In this document: positions 46,108-56,601 of the stretch, one piece after another
How the letters are laid out: each line of letters opens with the position of its first letter
Position numbering within the stretch: position 1 is the stretch's first letter
DNA from: a virus
Taxonomy: Duplodnaviria; Caudoviricetes
Virus record (IMG/VR): IMGVR_UViG_3300037714_000266
Span: 1 to 64,000 of that record
Strand: one strand, 5' to 3'
Length of the DNA: 64,000 bases
Position numbers and translations under genes: made by a program
The notes under the pieces: model-generated
Databases searched by the model: none
What the model was told of the DNA's origin: nothing
Seen by the model: only the letters and a program-made list of their open reading frames with translations

Positions 46108-48245
46108 GCCGAGATGGCTCCCGTCGTAGCAGAAACCGTCTGCGCGGTGAACGTAACGGTTCCTTTCGTGATGACCTGCTGGTCGGTGACGATGAGGTTT
46201 CCGTCTGCGTTGATGAACAGAGCATCTCCGATGATCCTGATGACCCCGAAGTCGACGCCCTCGATGCCGCCTCGTCCGGTGTCTCTGTCTGGCACAAGGA
46301 TCGTGTACAGATCGGACAGTCGAAGCGACCTGCCGAAAGCGCGGACCTTCAGCAACGTGTCAACGGCTGTACGTGCGTTGGAAAGCACGGTGGCCTGAAC
46401 GTAAGTATCGAGGATACCGAGAACGATGGTGATGTCAGCAGACACGAGGAAGTTACCGCCGCTCATGACCTCGACGACCTGGGTTACTTCCTTTCGAGAT
46501 TCTAGGTACCGCTCTAGCGATCGCTGAAGAGCAATCGACGGCTCCTGAAGGAATCCATCAACGTCGCGCGTCAGAATCGGCACCTGAACCAAATTGGCCT
46601 GACAGTCTGCTGCGAGGAACCCATCCACGTGGGCATAGATGTCATCCAACTCATCAGACACAGCCGTGTCGAACTGAGCTGCGATGAGCGTGTCGATGTC
46701 GTCAAGATCGGTTAGCGCAGCAGTCAGGTTTGTGCTGACAGTAGCAAGTCCAGGAGTAACGACGTTCGTAATCCCTTCGTTGGCATCGAACACCTGCTGC
46801 TCGATCGAACCGCATCTCGCGATGATCGTGTCTAGGCGGGAGTACATGCCAGCCAACTCGCTCTTGATCGAATTGAGTCTTGCGTTTTTTGCCGCATCTC
46901 CGCTTACACCAAGACCCTCGTCCGCAAGCACATCAGAATCGGTCACATCAGAGCGAATGGACTCAGCTTCGGATCGGATGTCGATCGCATCTCCGGTGGG
47001 CAGTGCGGTCAATGGATCGGTGACGATCTGATCAAGGGCCGGCTTAATCGTGTTCGAGACTTCGTCCTCGATGTCACTTCTCTCTGACTCTGCGCTATTG
47101 AGAGATGCCCTTGCGGTTGCGGTTTCGGCCTGCACGTTGGCACTGATCGGCTCGATGATGTCTCGAATGTTCTGGAGAAGGATCTGAAGGGTGAGGTCTT
47201 CGGAGGCACCGCGAGCTACGAACGCTTGCGCAACGGCAACGGCCCCGGCCAAAGGATCAGCATAAGCCCTCGACAACCCTTCGTAGTCCTCGCGAGTCAC
47301 GGCAACATTACGGGCCTTGAAGAACGCCGGAGCATTGGCACGGATGCTATCCAGGGACTCTCGGTTCGACCCACCAGAGGATGGCGATGGGTTGGTGATG
47401 GTGATCTCGATGTTCGTGAAAGCAACCACCAACGGATCAACAACGTCGGTGATTGTATTCGACTTTACGAGCCCGGCCTGACCAGAAGTCGCCACGTATT
47501 CGATGCGGATGGATGCTCCGTCTGCCGGGATGTTGCCTGCTACACCATCGCCGAAACGAAGCAACGGCGGCTCCGCGTTCTCCTCTAGTTCGAACTGATC
47601 TGTCTGGTCGAAGGTGATGATCTCGCTTTCTGTCCACGGAGATCCATCAACAGTGACGATTGCACTGTCGCCGGCAACGAACTTCCCTTCGCCTGGGTTG
47701 AGTCGAAACACCTGGTTGCGAGTTCCGTTGGAAGAGAAGTTCTCGACAGTGGTAACACCCTCGCGCACCGATACGGTTCTAGGTGGGCTCAGAGGGCCTT
47801 CGCCAACCGGGAAGATGATCTCTTCTGCGGCTTCGAAGATGAGATCACTTGGTCCCTGGAACTGAAACCCAACCTCTATCGGCACATCGAACGCCTGGAT
47901 CTCGTTGAGTAGAACTTCGAGATCGGTCGACGCGCCGACAGCCGCAGCGGGTTTGTAGCCGATGTTTCTTGATAGCCGGTTGAGTGATCGCCGAAGTCGT
48001 GCTGTCGCGATGTAACTCTCGGTTGCCTGTCGGTCGATGTAGAAACTCAGCGTCTCTGCGGCCCAGCACACGATGTCGATGAGCATCTGACCCGTCCCGG
48101 AGGAGACGAAGTCGTTGAACTCGGTGACGTATAGGATCTGAAGACGCGCAACCAGGTCATCGACGAATGTGAAGAAGTCTTTTCCGGCAAACCTTGCTCG
48201 ATTGATGAGAGCCTGCGGAGACTCCAATTGAATTGGATCAGCCAT
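46104..48245 (-). CDS. Baseplate J / T4 gp6-like wedge protein
   Basis: KDF, DF..SG.GQMLIDI.....ETLSFYID; LRFGDG..G.IP; GG...ES...IR.NAP.FF......VT.EDY. Confidence 0.88.
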   Translation of the reverse strand: MADPIQLESPQALINRARFAGKDFFTFVDDLVARLQILYVTEFNDFVSSGTGQMLIDIVCWAAETLSFYIDRQATESYIATARLRRSLNRLSRNIGYKPAAAVGASTDLEVLLNEIQAFDVPIEVGFQFQGPSDLIFEAAEEIIFPVGEGPLSPPRTVSVREGVTTVENFSSNGTRNQVFRLNPGEGKFVAGDSAIVTVDGSPWTESEIITFDQTDQFELEENAEPPLLRFGDGVAGNIPADGASIRIEYVATSGQAGLVKSNTITDVVDPLVVAFTNIEITITNPSPSSGGSNRESLDSIRANAPAFFKARNVAVTREDYEGLSRAYADPLAGAVAVAQAFVARGASEDLTLQILLQNIRDIIEPISANVQAETATARASLNSAESERSDIEDEVSNTIKPALDQIVTDPLTALPTGDAIDIRSEAESIRSDVTDSDVLADEGLGVSGDAAKNARLNSIKSELAGMYSRLDTIIARCGSIEQQVFDANEGITNVVTPGLATVSTNLTAALTDLDDIDTLIAAQFDTAVSDELDDIYAHVDGFLAADCQANLVQVPILTRDVDGFLQEPSIALQRSLERYLESRKEVTQVVEVMSGGNFLVSADITIVLGILDTYVQATVLSNARTAVDTLLKVRAFGRSLRLSDLYTILVPDRDTGRGGIEGVDFGVIRIIGDALFINADGNLIVTDQQVITKGTVTFTAQTVSATTGAISA

Positions 48246-48625
48246 CAGAGCGTCCTCGGGATGACCACCGAGATCTTCTTGATGTCGGCAAGTACGCGAT
48301 AGGTGATATCCACGACAAGTTCTTCCTGCTCCAAAGCCGGTATGAACCGCCTGTTGACGTTGACCGCCAAAACCTGGGATCTCGGCTCACCATCCCCAAG
48401 AGCCGCTCGTACCTCATCGTCGATTCTCGCCGCCAACACAGGACCCACGGATTCGAAGACAAAGTCGTAGATATTGGACCCGGTAGAGGGTCGCATTACC
48501 CGAGAACCGCGCCTGGTCAGCATGGTCCGCATGATGTTGTGGGCGATGACGTCGTCGTCTTCGGCCCTTGCTGGCAGAGAAAACGCGGACTTACCGAACG
48601 GAAAAGCGATGCCTAGGATGGTCAT
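48245..48625 (-). CDS. Baseplate wedge protein gp25/GPW
   Basis: GI.FPF; I...ML.TR.G.RVMRP..GS.IY..VFE; EPR. Confidence 0.88.
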   Translation of the reverse strand: MTILGIAFPFGKSAFSLPARAEDDDVIAHNIMRTMLTRRGSRVMRPSTGSNIYDFVFESVGPVLAARIDDEVRAALGDGEPRSQVLAVNVNRRFIPALEQEELVVDITYRVLADIKKISVVIPRTL

Positions 48626-48695
48626 GTAGCGCCACGTATTGCCTATTGAAGAGGCGGGCCCATCCTAACCCATCGAGGCCGCCACGTTGAGTCTC

Positions 48696-49271
48696 CTACT
48701 GAAGCACGCAAGTATTCGTAATTGGAAGCGGTCCTCCCATTGGAACCGTGGTCGTGTCCAACCCCGTAATGAGCACGAAGACAGCCGATCTGGTTGCCAC
48801 ATCCATGGCCGCGGCAAACTCGGCGGCCTTCTGCTGAGCCGTCACCCCTGGGTCGTACCTGAGAGCCGCCGGCAGGATGCTTGAAAACATGACACCAGGC
48901 GTCACCAGGGTCACCACAGAGGTCGCCTCGGTGGCGAAGATCGTGGTCCCTCCCACATTGGGGCACGGCGGAACCGGTGGTGGGATCACTCCTACGTCGA
49001 AAGCGGTTCCGGTCCAATACGCCACGAAAGCTGCCTCCATCTGCTGTGCCCAAATGGTAGCCGTGCGCGAAGCAAAGAAGTTGAGAGGCGCCGAGAACTT
49101 CGACGGCATCAGATTGTTCGGCGACTCTCCGCTGACATCTTCAGCGTCGGACGCGTACGCATGATAGGCGTTAGTCCAGAACCGCTCGGCCTGACTTCCG
49201 TTGTAGATCAACCCCGGCCTGGTAAAGAACCGCACCAAACTCGCCTGAAGCTTCGAGCGTTGGAGCGTCAT
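48696..49271 (-). CDS. Hypothetical virion protein
   Basis: Between the spike and gp25 genes. Confidence 0.55.
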   Translation of the reverse strand: MTLQRSKLQASLVRFFTRPGLIYNGSQAERFWTNAYHAYASDAEDVSGESPNNLMPSKFSAPLNFFASRTATIWAQQMEAAFVAYWTGTAFDVGVIPPPVPPCPNVGGTTIFATEATSVVTLVTPGVMFSSILPAALRYDPGVTAQQKAAEFAAAMDVATRSAVFVLITGLDTTTVPMGGPLPITNTCVLQ

Positions 49272-50014
49272 TTCGCAACCTTCACCGTCCTCGACAACGC
49301 TTGTTGAAGTCGTATTTTGATGGCTTGGAACTGAAGGGCGTTGATTGGCGTCGAACTTGGTCCTGTTGAGGTGCCAACCGTCATTGTGATGATCGCGTCT
49401 AGCATCTCTTCCAGAAGTCCCTTGAGTGTGTCTCCGAGAACACCTGGTTCGTTGCTTCCAGCTCCGACCACCACGGTTTTGCCCTCGGTGTTCGTGTGGA
49501 AAATATGACCGTCCTTGTCGATGACGGTTTCTGCGCCATTGCTGTGCCTGAGTTGTACCTGTGCCGAGTCAGATCGATCATCGAACACGAGTCGATGCCC
49601 GCCGGGTGTCAGGATCCACTGAAGCCCGACGTCGGCAAGATCATCCGGCATGTCACCTTCGGCGAACCATCCGCCGATCCATAGCGGTACGTCGATGCGA
49701 CCGAACTCAAACTGGACGTAGCAGAACGTGTTCTCAGGCGGCGTAAACCGGATGCCGTGGTCCTTGCCTGCCAATGGAAATATGGGGAAGGCAACACGTG
49801 GCGGCGTCTCGTCCGTATCTCCTACCGCTGGGCATCGGATCTTGATGCGCCCCATGTTCTTGTCGTCGGTGTTGCTGATTACCTGCGCTCTGTACACCCC
49901 GTAATAGAGGTTGAGAAACTCAAGTCCATGGATGAGCAACCGATCTATGAACCGGTTGTACCCATGAGAGCTGGCATACGGAGATCCAACCGGAGCGCGT
50001 CGAGAACGAATCAT
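49268..50014 (-). CDS. Baseplate assembly protein V / gp5 (VgrG-like) OB-fold spike
   Basis: YYGVYRAQV..N.D....GRIK..CP.V; P......YV.FE.G....P.WIGG; TPGGH.L.FDD. Confidence 0.88.
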   Translation of the reverse strand: MIRSRRAPVGSPYASSHGYNRFIDRLLIHGLEFLNLYYGVYRAQVISNTDDKNMGRIKIRCPAVGDTDETPPRVAFPIFPLAGKDHGIRFTPPENTFCYVQFEFGRIDVPLWIGGWFAEGDMPDDLADVGLQWILTPGGHRLVFDDRSDSAQVQLRHSNGAETVIDKDGHIFHTNTEGKTVVVGAGSNEPGVLGDTLKGLLEEMLDAIITMTVGTSTGPSSTPINALQFQAIKIRLQQALSRTVKVAK

Positions 50015-51414
50015 GCGTCCTCTGATGGCAACGCATCGACGTCGGAACCGCCGCCGATCGCGTCATCGGTGGTTGCCTCTGGCGGATCCTGTTGATTGAT
50101 TTGCGGAGGTCGAACCTGAAAGAAACTGGCAATGAGATCTGACTGCGTCGCGTTGTTCATACAGGTCATGGTCATAGACCACTCACCAGCCATCGCTCGA
50201 TGCGTCATGCCGTGGACCTCGAAGGTGCCATCGAGTCGACCGGTACCGCGAATAGCAATCAGTTCACCGGGAATCTGTTCAGGAACACCGATGGCTGTGA
50301 TGGTTGCATTCATAGCACCACGAACAGCGCCTTCGTCCCTGTGCGCTTGAACGACCTGCAACGTGGTGCGACTCGGATCGCGTGCCGACACAGGAAGGTA
50401 CTCACCGGCGTCCAACTGCGACCGAGCGTCGGCGAATATCTGAGACAAATGATCGCCAATGACAGATGATCCGGTAGCTGTTGCGATCGCGAGACCGAGA
50501 CCAGGCACAATGCTCGTCTCCTGATTGACTACGTGTCGCTCGATCTCTTTGTTCGTGGGATTGATGTCTCCAGTGCGAACAGACTCCGCAGATCTCGGCA
50601 TCCAAATACCGAGCGCATCCGACTCGTAATCGAGAATCGGAAAAACGTTGATCATGTCGATCTGACGCCGCATCACATAGGTGCGCACCGGTCTTTCTTG
50701 ATTCTTCTCTCCTCTGCTCAAGACAAAGAGTCTGCTGCGTCCAAGTTCGTGTGGATCTGGACCCATGTAGCAGTCGACGTTGGATTGACGGCAAAGTTGA
50801 TTGATGAACCCCCAATCAGAAAAACCGCCCTGGCTAACGCTCTCACGCTGACGATCCAACTCTTCGGAGCCATCTGGGTACTGGACTGACCATCTATGCC
50901 GATCTGCAATGTCAGCGATCACGTCACGGTATGAAGTGTTTTCGTAGACCTTGTTCGATGAGCTACGCAGGCTCGCAAACGCTCCACCCTCCCCGTTGAG
51001 TGTGGCAAGAAGCCCATCGTCAGGGGCAATACGAATGGCTGGTTTGATAGCCATGGCACTGAACCACGGAGTGAACCGACCTGACTTTGGGTAACCGAGT
51101 TGCGCCTCGATGACGTTGCCGATCTTGAACAACGAACTGTCCAGCATACGAAGACCGAGGTCATACGGCGCCGCTATGGTGACGGTTAGCTTCCCGTTGA
51201 GCCCAAGATTCAGATCGATTTCGAGACTCTCGACGACTGGAAGATCGATGCCGGTGAGTTCTCCAGCACTCGCCATGGCCGCCCCGCCAAGTCCGCTGCC
51301 GGGAGAACCCGTCGCTCCCTCAGTCGCAGACGTCCACAACAGATACGAAGGACCGTCGGTGTCGCGCACGCGCACGAGCATCTGAAAGCCAGTCGGATCG
51401 AGAGCCTGTGTCAT
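50011..51414 (-). CDS. Baseplate hub (gp27 / late-control D-like)
   Basis: Q...SDW.F...L; G.P...PG..I.I.G.G..DG.F.V....H. Confidence 0.8.
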   Translation of the reverse strand: MTQALDPTGFQMLVRVRDTDGPSYLLWTSATEGATGSPGSGLGGAAMASAGELTGIDLPVVESLEIDLNLGLNGKLTVTIAAPYDLGLRMLDSSLFKIGNVIEAQLGYPKSGRFTPWFSAMAIKPAIRIAPDDGLLATLNGEGGAFASLRSSSNKVYENTSYRDVIADIADRHRWSVQYPDGSEELDRQRESVSQGGFSDWGFINQLCRQSNVDCYMGPDPHELGRSRLFVLSRGEKNQERPVRTYVMRRQIDMINVFPILDYESDALGIWMPRSAESVRTGDINPTNKEIERHVVNQETSIVPGLGLAIATATGSSVIGDHLSQIFADARSQLDAGEYLPVSARDPSRTTLQVVQAHRDEGAVRGAMNATITAIGVPEQIPGELIAIRGTGRLDGTFEVHGMTHRAMAGEWSMTMTCMNNATQSDLIASFFQVRPPQINQQDPPEATTDDAIGGGSDVDALPSEDA

Positions 51415-51744
51415 TCACCGGCCCTCCAACCCTCGCGACGGCCGACGAAGGATCTGCGAAAACACACGCCTGGCCGACGGGACCGTGATCACCTGCCCCT
51501 CGTAAAGGCCGTTGGGGATCAAATCAATCCCGTTCGCAAGGGTGATAATCCACCACAGATCGGAGGAACCATAAAAGTCGTTGGCGAGTCGGTCAGCGCG
51601 GTCATTTCGATCGACGATGTACCGCCGGTCGTCCGGAGCTGGATCGATCTTCGGATACTCAGGCATCTCCCAATACTCGATGTTATCCAGCGTGCTCAGG
51701 CGCGCGAACTTCATCCGCGAGGTATCTCGGATCCGTACCGTCAT
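51415..51744 (-). CDS. LysM/tail-X-like baseplate protein
   Basis: Y.V...DR.D.LA..FYG...LWWII..ANG.......G..I.VP. Confidence 0.85.
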   Translation of the reverse strand: MTVRIRDTSRMKFARLSTLDNIEYWEMPEYPKIDPAPDDRRYIVDRNDRADRLANDFYGSSDLWWIITLANGIDLIPNGLYEGQVITVPSARRVFSQILRRPSRGLEGR

Positions 51745-54700
51745 CGCGTCTCATGATCCGGGCCGGGCCCGGCGACACGAGGCGAAGCGCCGCGTGGTGT
51801 GGGATTTCTGTCGCCGCCCATGACACTTCGAAGCTGACGCATTGCTTCGGATCCAAATGCTTTGATCATCATGTCGCGCTCGGCCTCGCGTTCCGTTTGC
51901 TGAGCCTCGCGCTGGGCCTGACGGCGTTCTCTGTCACGCTGGGCCGGAGGTGTCTCCCCGGTCGTTGCGGCCCTTCCATCAACGCGTGGCCTGCCATCAG
52001 AGGTCACGGTCGGCCGCTCGTCCGCTGCCTCGCCACCACCAGGACCCACACCGATGCCGGCTAGGGTTCGCTCTATCTCACTGCTCGTAAATCCACGCCC
52101 AGCACTAACCGCCTGTTCGATGTCAGACACGGCAGCACTGAACTGCTCTTCGCCGATTCGTCCCTCTTGCGCAGCCTGTGCGATCCCTTCCAAAAGTGGA
52201 CGCGCAGATTGGTAGGCTTCTTGGACTCGTTCCTGGCGAGCACGACCTGCCAACCTTCCGCTTTCGACGTCGGAGACAAACTGCCGAAGCCTGCTGGTTG
52301 CGCGGTCGAAGAACGCTTCTGTCGAAACAGCGAACTCCCTGATGCCACTCACTGTGGATTCAAGCGACACCGCCTGGTTGTGCTGATATGCACTGGCCTG
52401 GCTTTCCATGGTGTTGTACGCGTTGGCTGTAGCAGTGGCCTGCTGAGCGATCTCGCGCGTCATCCTAGCTGTTTCGATCCGATACGCCTCGCCTCTTGCG
52501 CGAGACTTACGCTCCATCTCGTCAAGTTGTTCGTCGAGTTCTGTGATCGGCTCCTGGATCCGAGTCCTCATCTCGTTGAGGTTTCGATCGATGGGACCCA
52601 GATCGACACCAATGCGCGAGAGAACACCTCGTAGCGGCTGGAGGTTTTGGATGAAGTCGAGGATGAGCAAAGGTAGGTTTCTGAAACCCCTCTCGATGCG
52701 CATCATCCCGCCTTCCATGCCTTCGAACAGGTTGGTGAAATGAAAGTCCGCGAACGCGATGGCCATTCCAACGCTGTTGCGAATGGTTGTTCCAATCAAC
52801 TCCCACCCAGCCGACAAAGTGTTACGCCAACCGATCCACCGAATGACCAACATTCCGATGGCAGTTTCAATGGTGTTGAAAGCTGTCACGGCAGTGGTCG
52901 CGATGTGCCCGAATGTTCGCACCGCCACCGTAAGAGCGGTGCTCATCGTGTTCACCCACGTATGGGCCAAACGAACTATCACGGGCCTGATCACGTTGGA
53001 CCACATCCACTTGGCGGCGACACCGATCTTCTGCCAGACCCACTTAGCCGCTGGCCATATGTGCTTCACGAAGACCTCGACGACCTCTTTTTTCAGATCC
53101 TTGAGCATCGGCGAAACGGTTTCTTCCCAGAACGCGAGCGCCATGCTGGCAAGATCCTGCCAAAGAAGGATCGCCTCATCGATGATGGGGTTGATCTCGG
53201 TGTCCCAGTAGTCAACGAAGTCGTTGAAGGTCGGCTGAACAACGTCTTCCCAGAAGCCTCCGATGAGATCAGCTCCGAAGATGTTCGTGAAGAGAGTTCG
53301 GACGCGACCTGGTAGGCCCATGAGAGCCAAGTTGAATACCGAGAAGAATCCCTCGAACAGCACGTCACCCCAATCGCCGTCCTCGATGGCGCGTTGGAGA
53401 TTGCCGAGGTTTGTTGAATCCCAGAGAAAACCAAAGATGCTGTTGAAAATGCCGCCGCCGGTCTCTCCAAACATACCCTCGGTGATCCCGCTCATCATCG
53501 TGCCGAGGTTGGTGAAGATGGACCGAATCGCTCCGGCAACAGAACGCAAGATCTCGCGACCGCGTCCGCCCTCGCCAAAGGATGCGAAGATGGTCACGAG
53601 CCCGTCCTTGATGCTCTCACCAACGGCTTGCCAATCGACCGAGTCGACCCAGTCCCCGACCTTGCCGGCGAGGTCTTCGAGGTAGACGCCTGCGTTCTCG
53701 ATCAACGGAAGCAAATCATCCCAGTAGTAAATGGCTGCTGCGATACCGCCGACGAGCAACGTCCACGGGTTGAGAAGGAATCCAATGGCGCCGCCGAGAC
53801 CCGGCATCATGGCGGCCATCTGAGTCATCGCGAGGATGAGTGGACCAGCCTCAGTGGCGCCTTCGAACAAACCGGCGCCAAACATACCGATGAGTGGCAA
53901 ATTCTTCTCGATGGCTTCCGGAAGTTGAATCCCAAGACTCGGCAAAAGCCGCGTCTTTATCGACTCCACCAAACCAATGATGCCGTGCCTCCTGAAGTCG
54001 AGGAACGCCTGGGTGAGTCCACCAACTGGTCCATCTTCGGCCCGCAGTCCTTCGATGGTGTTTTCGAGCGTTTGGAACGCCCTTCGCTGCCTACCAAGCA
54101 CCTCGCTATTACTCAGCGTCGTCATCCGGTTGAGATGAGTCTCAAAGCTGTCCCGCATCCGCTCCATGTTCTCACCGAACGTGCGCCCGCTGGCCGCCGC
54201 CGATCGTCCCATCCGGTTGAAGGCCCCGGTGATGTTCTCAACGGGCGCCTGAGCGCGCTGTAGAGCCGCTGCGGCGTCGTCTCCGCCGGTGACGAGGAAC
54301 CGGAAGGACGTCGGCAACTCCTCCAAGGACGCCATCAAACGCATCGCGCGAGGATCGGACGCGTCGAGTTGACTCATGAGTTGCTGCATGTTGGCAGCGA
54401 ACGTGATCGGATCGCTCATCACACTCTGAAGGGCGCCGTCGATGTCGCCGCTGGCAATACCAATCTCTTGAGCGAGGTGAGGGAAATCGCTGGCAACGCC
54501 CGAGACAAGATCGCGGATCTGCCGTCTCTGTCCGCCGAGTGCTGTAAAAGTAGCGATCGCGTCCTGCATGGCTGCGTTGGCGTCGCCACCGAGTCTGTCG
54601 ACGCTCGCTTTGGCGAGTCTAGCGATGGATTCCGTAACCTCGTCGATGCCGGGTGCAGCTCCAGGTGGGAATGCACTGATGATCCCATCGGCCGCTTCGG

Positions 54701-55361
54701 TGATATTCGGCAAGGCTCGCGCGAATTCGCTCCCCGCACCGATACCCTCGCCAAGAGCAGTCAAGGTGTCGAGGACTCGTTGTGCGCCGTCCGTCCCGAG
54801 GTCGTACCCGTGCGCCAACGAAGTGAGTGTAGAGCCAAGCTGTTCGGCCGAAAGAATGCCAGCTTGCATCGAACCGGCGACACCTCGCACTGTCAGTCCG
54901 TAGTCTGATAACTCGTCGCCCGATTGAACGATGCGGCGGATCCCTTGGACCATCTCGCCCGCATCGACGCCAAGGTCGTATGCCACGCCTCCGATGGCGC
55001 CGCGATACCGGTTCATCTGCGCCGTCATGTCGCCCATGCCAGCCGTTGCAGCACGAAACGACGCCGCGTACTGAGCACCAAAGGACTCAGCAGCCGTGTC
55101 CTGTGCCGAGGGTCCTAGCGCCCCTGCGCGCTCGGCAATACCTTCAAGCGCTCCGCGGATGTTCGTGAGTTGATGGAGGTTCAGAGCGCCAATAGCATTG
55201 CCGAACCGCTGAAGCATGTTCGATGACTTGCCGACTTGCTTGACGTTCTCCTTCAGATCGTCCATCCCGCCGGCCAGACGTTCGGTCATGACCACGGCGC
55301 CATCGTCCTTGGCTCCGAACAGGAACCCGAACGAGAACAGCCGTTTGATGCTTCCAGCCAC
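51741..55361 (-). CDS. Tape measure protein
   Basis: 1206 aa, helical Ala/Gly-rich, periodic Trp/Phe; position between chaperone and LysM genes. Confidence 0.9.
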   Translation of the reverse strand: MAGSIKRLFSFGFLFGAKDDGAVVMTERLAGGMDDLKENVKQVGKSSNMLQRFGNAIGALNLHQLTNIRGALEGIAERAGALGPSAQDTAAESFGAQYAASFRAATAGMGDMTAQMNRYRGAIGGVAYDLGVDAGEMVQGIRRIVQSGDELSDYGLTVRGVAGSMQAGILSAEQLGSTLTSLAHGYDLGTDGAQRVLDTLTALGEGIGAGSEFARALPNITEAADGIISAFPPGAAPGIDEVTESIARLAKASVDRLGGDANAAMQDAIATFTALGGQRRQIRDLVSGVASDFPHLAQEIGIASGDIDGALQSVMSDPITFAANMQQLMSQLDASDPRAMRLMASLEELPTSFRFLVTGGDDAAAALQRAQAPVENITGAFNRMGRSAAASGRTFGENMERMRDSFETHLNRMTTLSNSEVLGRQRRAFQTLENTIEGLRAEDGPVGGLTQAFLDFRRHGIIGLVESIKTRLLPSLGIQLPEAIEKNLPLIGMFGAGLFEGATEAGPLILAMTQMAAMMPGLGGAIGFLLNPWTLLVGGIAAAIYYWDDLLPLIENAGVYLEDLAGKVGDWVDSVDWQAVGESIKDGLVTIFASFGEGGRGREILRSVAGAIRSIFTNLGTMMSGITEGMFGETGGGIFNSIFGFLWDSTNLGNLQRAIEDGDWGDVLFEGFFSVFNLALMGLPGRVRTLFTNIFGADLIGGFWEDVVQPTFNDFVDYWDTEINPIIDEAILLWQDLASMALAFWEETVSPMLKDLKKEVVEVFVKHIWPAAKWVWQKIGVAAKWMWSNVIRPVIVRLAHTWVNTMSTALTVAVRTFGHIATTAVTAFNTIETAIGMLVIRWIGWRNTLSAGWELIGTTIRNSVGMAIAFADFHFTNLFEGMEGGMMRIERGFRNLPLLILDFIQNLQPLRGVLSRIGVDLGPIDRNLNEMRTRIQEPITELDEQLDEMERKSRARGEAYRIETARMTREIAQQATATANAYNTMESQASAYQHNQAVSLESTVSGIREFAVSTEAFFDRATSRLRQFVSDVESGRLAGRARQERVQEAYQSARPLLEGIAQAAQEGRIGEEQFSAAVSDIEQAVSAGRGFTSSEIERTLAGIGVGPGGGEAADERPTVTSDGRPRVDGRAATTGETPPAQRDRERRQAQREAQQTEREAERDMMIKAFGSEAMRQLRSVMGGDRNPTPRGASPRVAGPGPDHETR

Positions 55362-55376
55362 GGATCTTTTCTACCG

Positions 55377-55567
55377 TCATCGACCCCTGTGAGTCTTGTT
55401 TTTGTTGTGCAAGATTCGCAATTGGTCGAGGTGGGCCTTTTCCTCGCACATGCGCCTGCGCCGACCCGACGGCATCGCCATGATGCTTTCGTAGGGTTGG
55501 TGCAGAGCCTCCATCAGGTAGAAGATTTCCGCTTCGAGCGCCTGGAGGATGCCGAAGGGAAAAAAAA
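55377..55567 (-). CDS. Tail chaperone C-terminal (GT-like) segment reached by -1 frameshift
   Basis: LEAEIFYL...H.....I.AMP..RRR pattern; no clear own start; frame overlaps the U8 run. Confidence 0.65.
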
Positions 55568-56557
55568 GGTCTTCTGTCCCACGTCGAGAACGCCGTTGAA
55601 TTCGGTCTTGCAGTGCTTGCACTCGAACTCCAGGTCGATGTCGATCCCGGGTTCGTGTTCCAGGAACGCCTCGCGGAAGTCCTCACGGTCGCCGCTGGAC
55701 AGCGACTTCACTGCCTGAACAACGGCCTTTGCTCGCGACGACAGCTTCAGCTTCGTCTTCTTCTCGTTGAAGAAGTCGGCCATCCCCAACCGGACGTCAT
55801 GATCTCCCCACTGGGCAAGACGAACGACGATCATGTAAGTCAGGATCTCGTGGTCGATCTCGGTGATGTTGCTCAGAGCTGTGAGCAACTCGTCCTGTGG
55901 GCCGAGCATGACGCGCCACGTCACTTGGATGTTGGAGTCGCGCAGCAGTAGATCGTGAATCCGCGCCGTGGGATCGGGAGACTCGAAGGTCTCCAGTTCT
56001 CCAAGGTTCACGGTGTACTGCTGCTCTTTGCCGCACGTCCGATGACGCGGACAGCAAACGATCATGTCGTAGTGGTCCTTCGTCCTGCGCCAATGCGTGG
56101 TCCGACGAATGCTGATCAGTAGATGAGTGCGACTGCCTGACGGCAGGTTTCGCACCACCTCACGAAGCTTGGATGGTTCGGTGATCGACTTGCCTTCCTC
56201 TGTCGAGATGGACAGCAAGCAATTCGCCATCAGCATCTCCATGCGCTCGATCAGAGATGTTGCGTCGTTGCCTAGGAGATCCTCTTCGTGACCTCCAATC
56301 GATCTGACGTGAACCCGATTGTACAACTCGGTCTTTTCACCGTCGGTTGCGACGTATCCACCGACAATCTGAAACACACCCTCTTCGGGCGCTGCGTCGG
56401 TCGCGCTTTCGTAATCGCCACCGCCTTCAACGCCATCCAACTCCAAGATCCCCGCTTGACCCTGGCCTTCCTTGGCGTCGTCGATAGCCGCCTTCAGTCG
56501 CATCTTCTGAAGCTGCGGTGAGGGAGTGCCCTCTGACCTGACGTTCTCGTTCTCCAT
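55514..56557 (-). CDS. Tail assembly chaperone (baseplate-hub-assembly-like)
   Basis: DR..LLI.IR; CxxxxxC and CKHC; L..GDR...R.......PG.D; ends FFFP directly upstream of the tape measure gene. Confidence 0.75.
   Translation of the reverse strand: MENENVRSEGTPSPQLQKMRLKAAIDDAKEGQGQAGILELDGVEGGGDYESATDAAPEEGVFQIVGGYVATDGEKTELYNRVHVRSIGGHEEDLLGNDATSLIERMEMLMANCLLSISTEEGKSITEPSKLREVVRNLPSGSRTHLLISIRRTTHWRRTKDHYDMIVCCPRHRTCGKEQQYTVNLGELETFESPDPTARIHDLLLRDSNIQVTWRVMLGPQDELLTALSNITEIDHEILTYMIVVRLAQWGDHDVRLGMADFFNEKKTKLKLSSRAKAVVQAVKSLSSGDREDFREAFLEHEPGIDIDLEFECKHCKTEFNGVLDVGQKTFFFPSASSRRSKRKSST
55560..55567 (-). promoter_or_regulatory. Programmed -1 frameshift slippery site (U8)
   Basis: Minus strand ACC TTT TTT TTC CCT versus GAC CTT TTT TTT CCC. 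Confidence 0.7.
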
Positions 56558-56601
56558 CTACTCCTCCTAAAACCTTCTGCTGCTACTAGCGGACGGGCAT
56601 C

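Noticed and set aside
37968-56557. Bacterial eCIS/T6SS locus
   Set aside because: The long tape measure, frameshifted chaperone, tRNA array, Gp157 and DNA-modification genes point to a phage genome.
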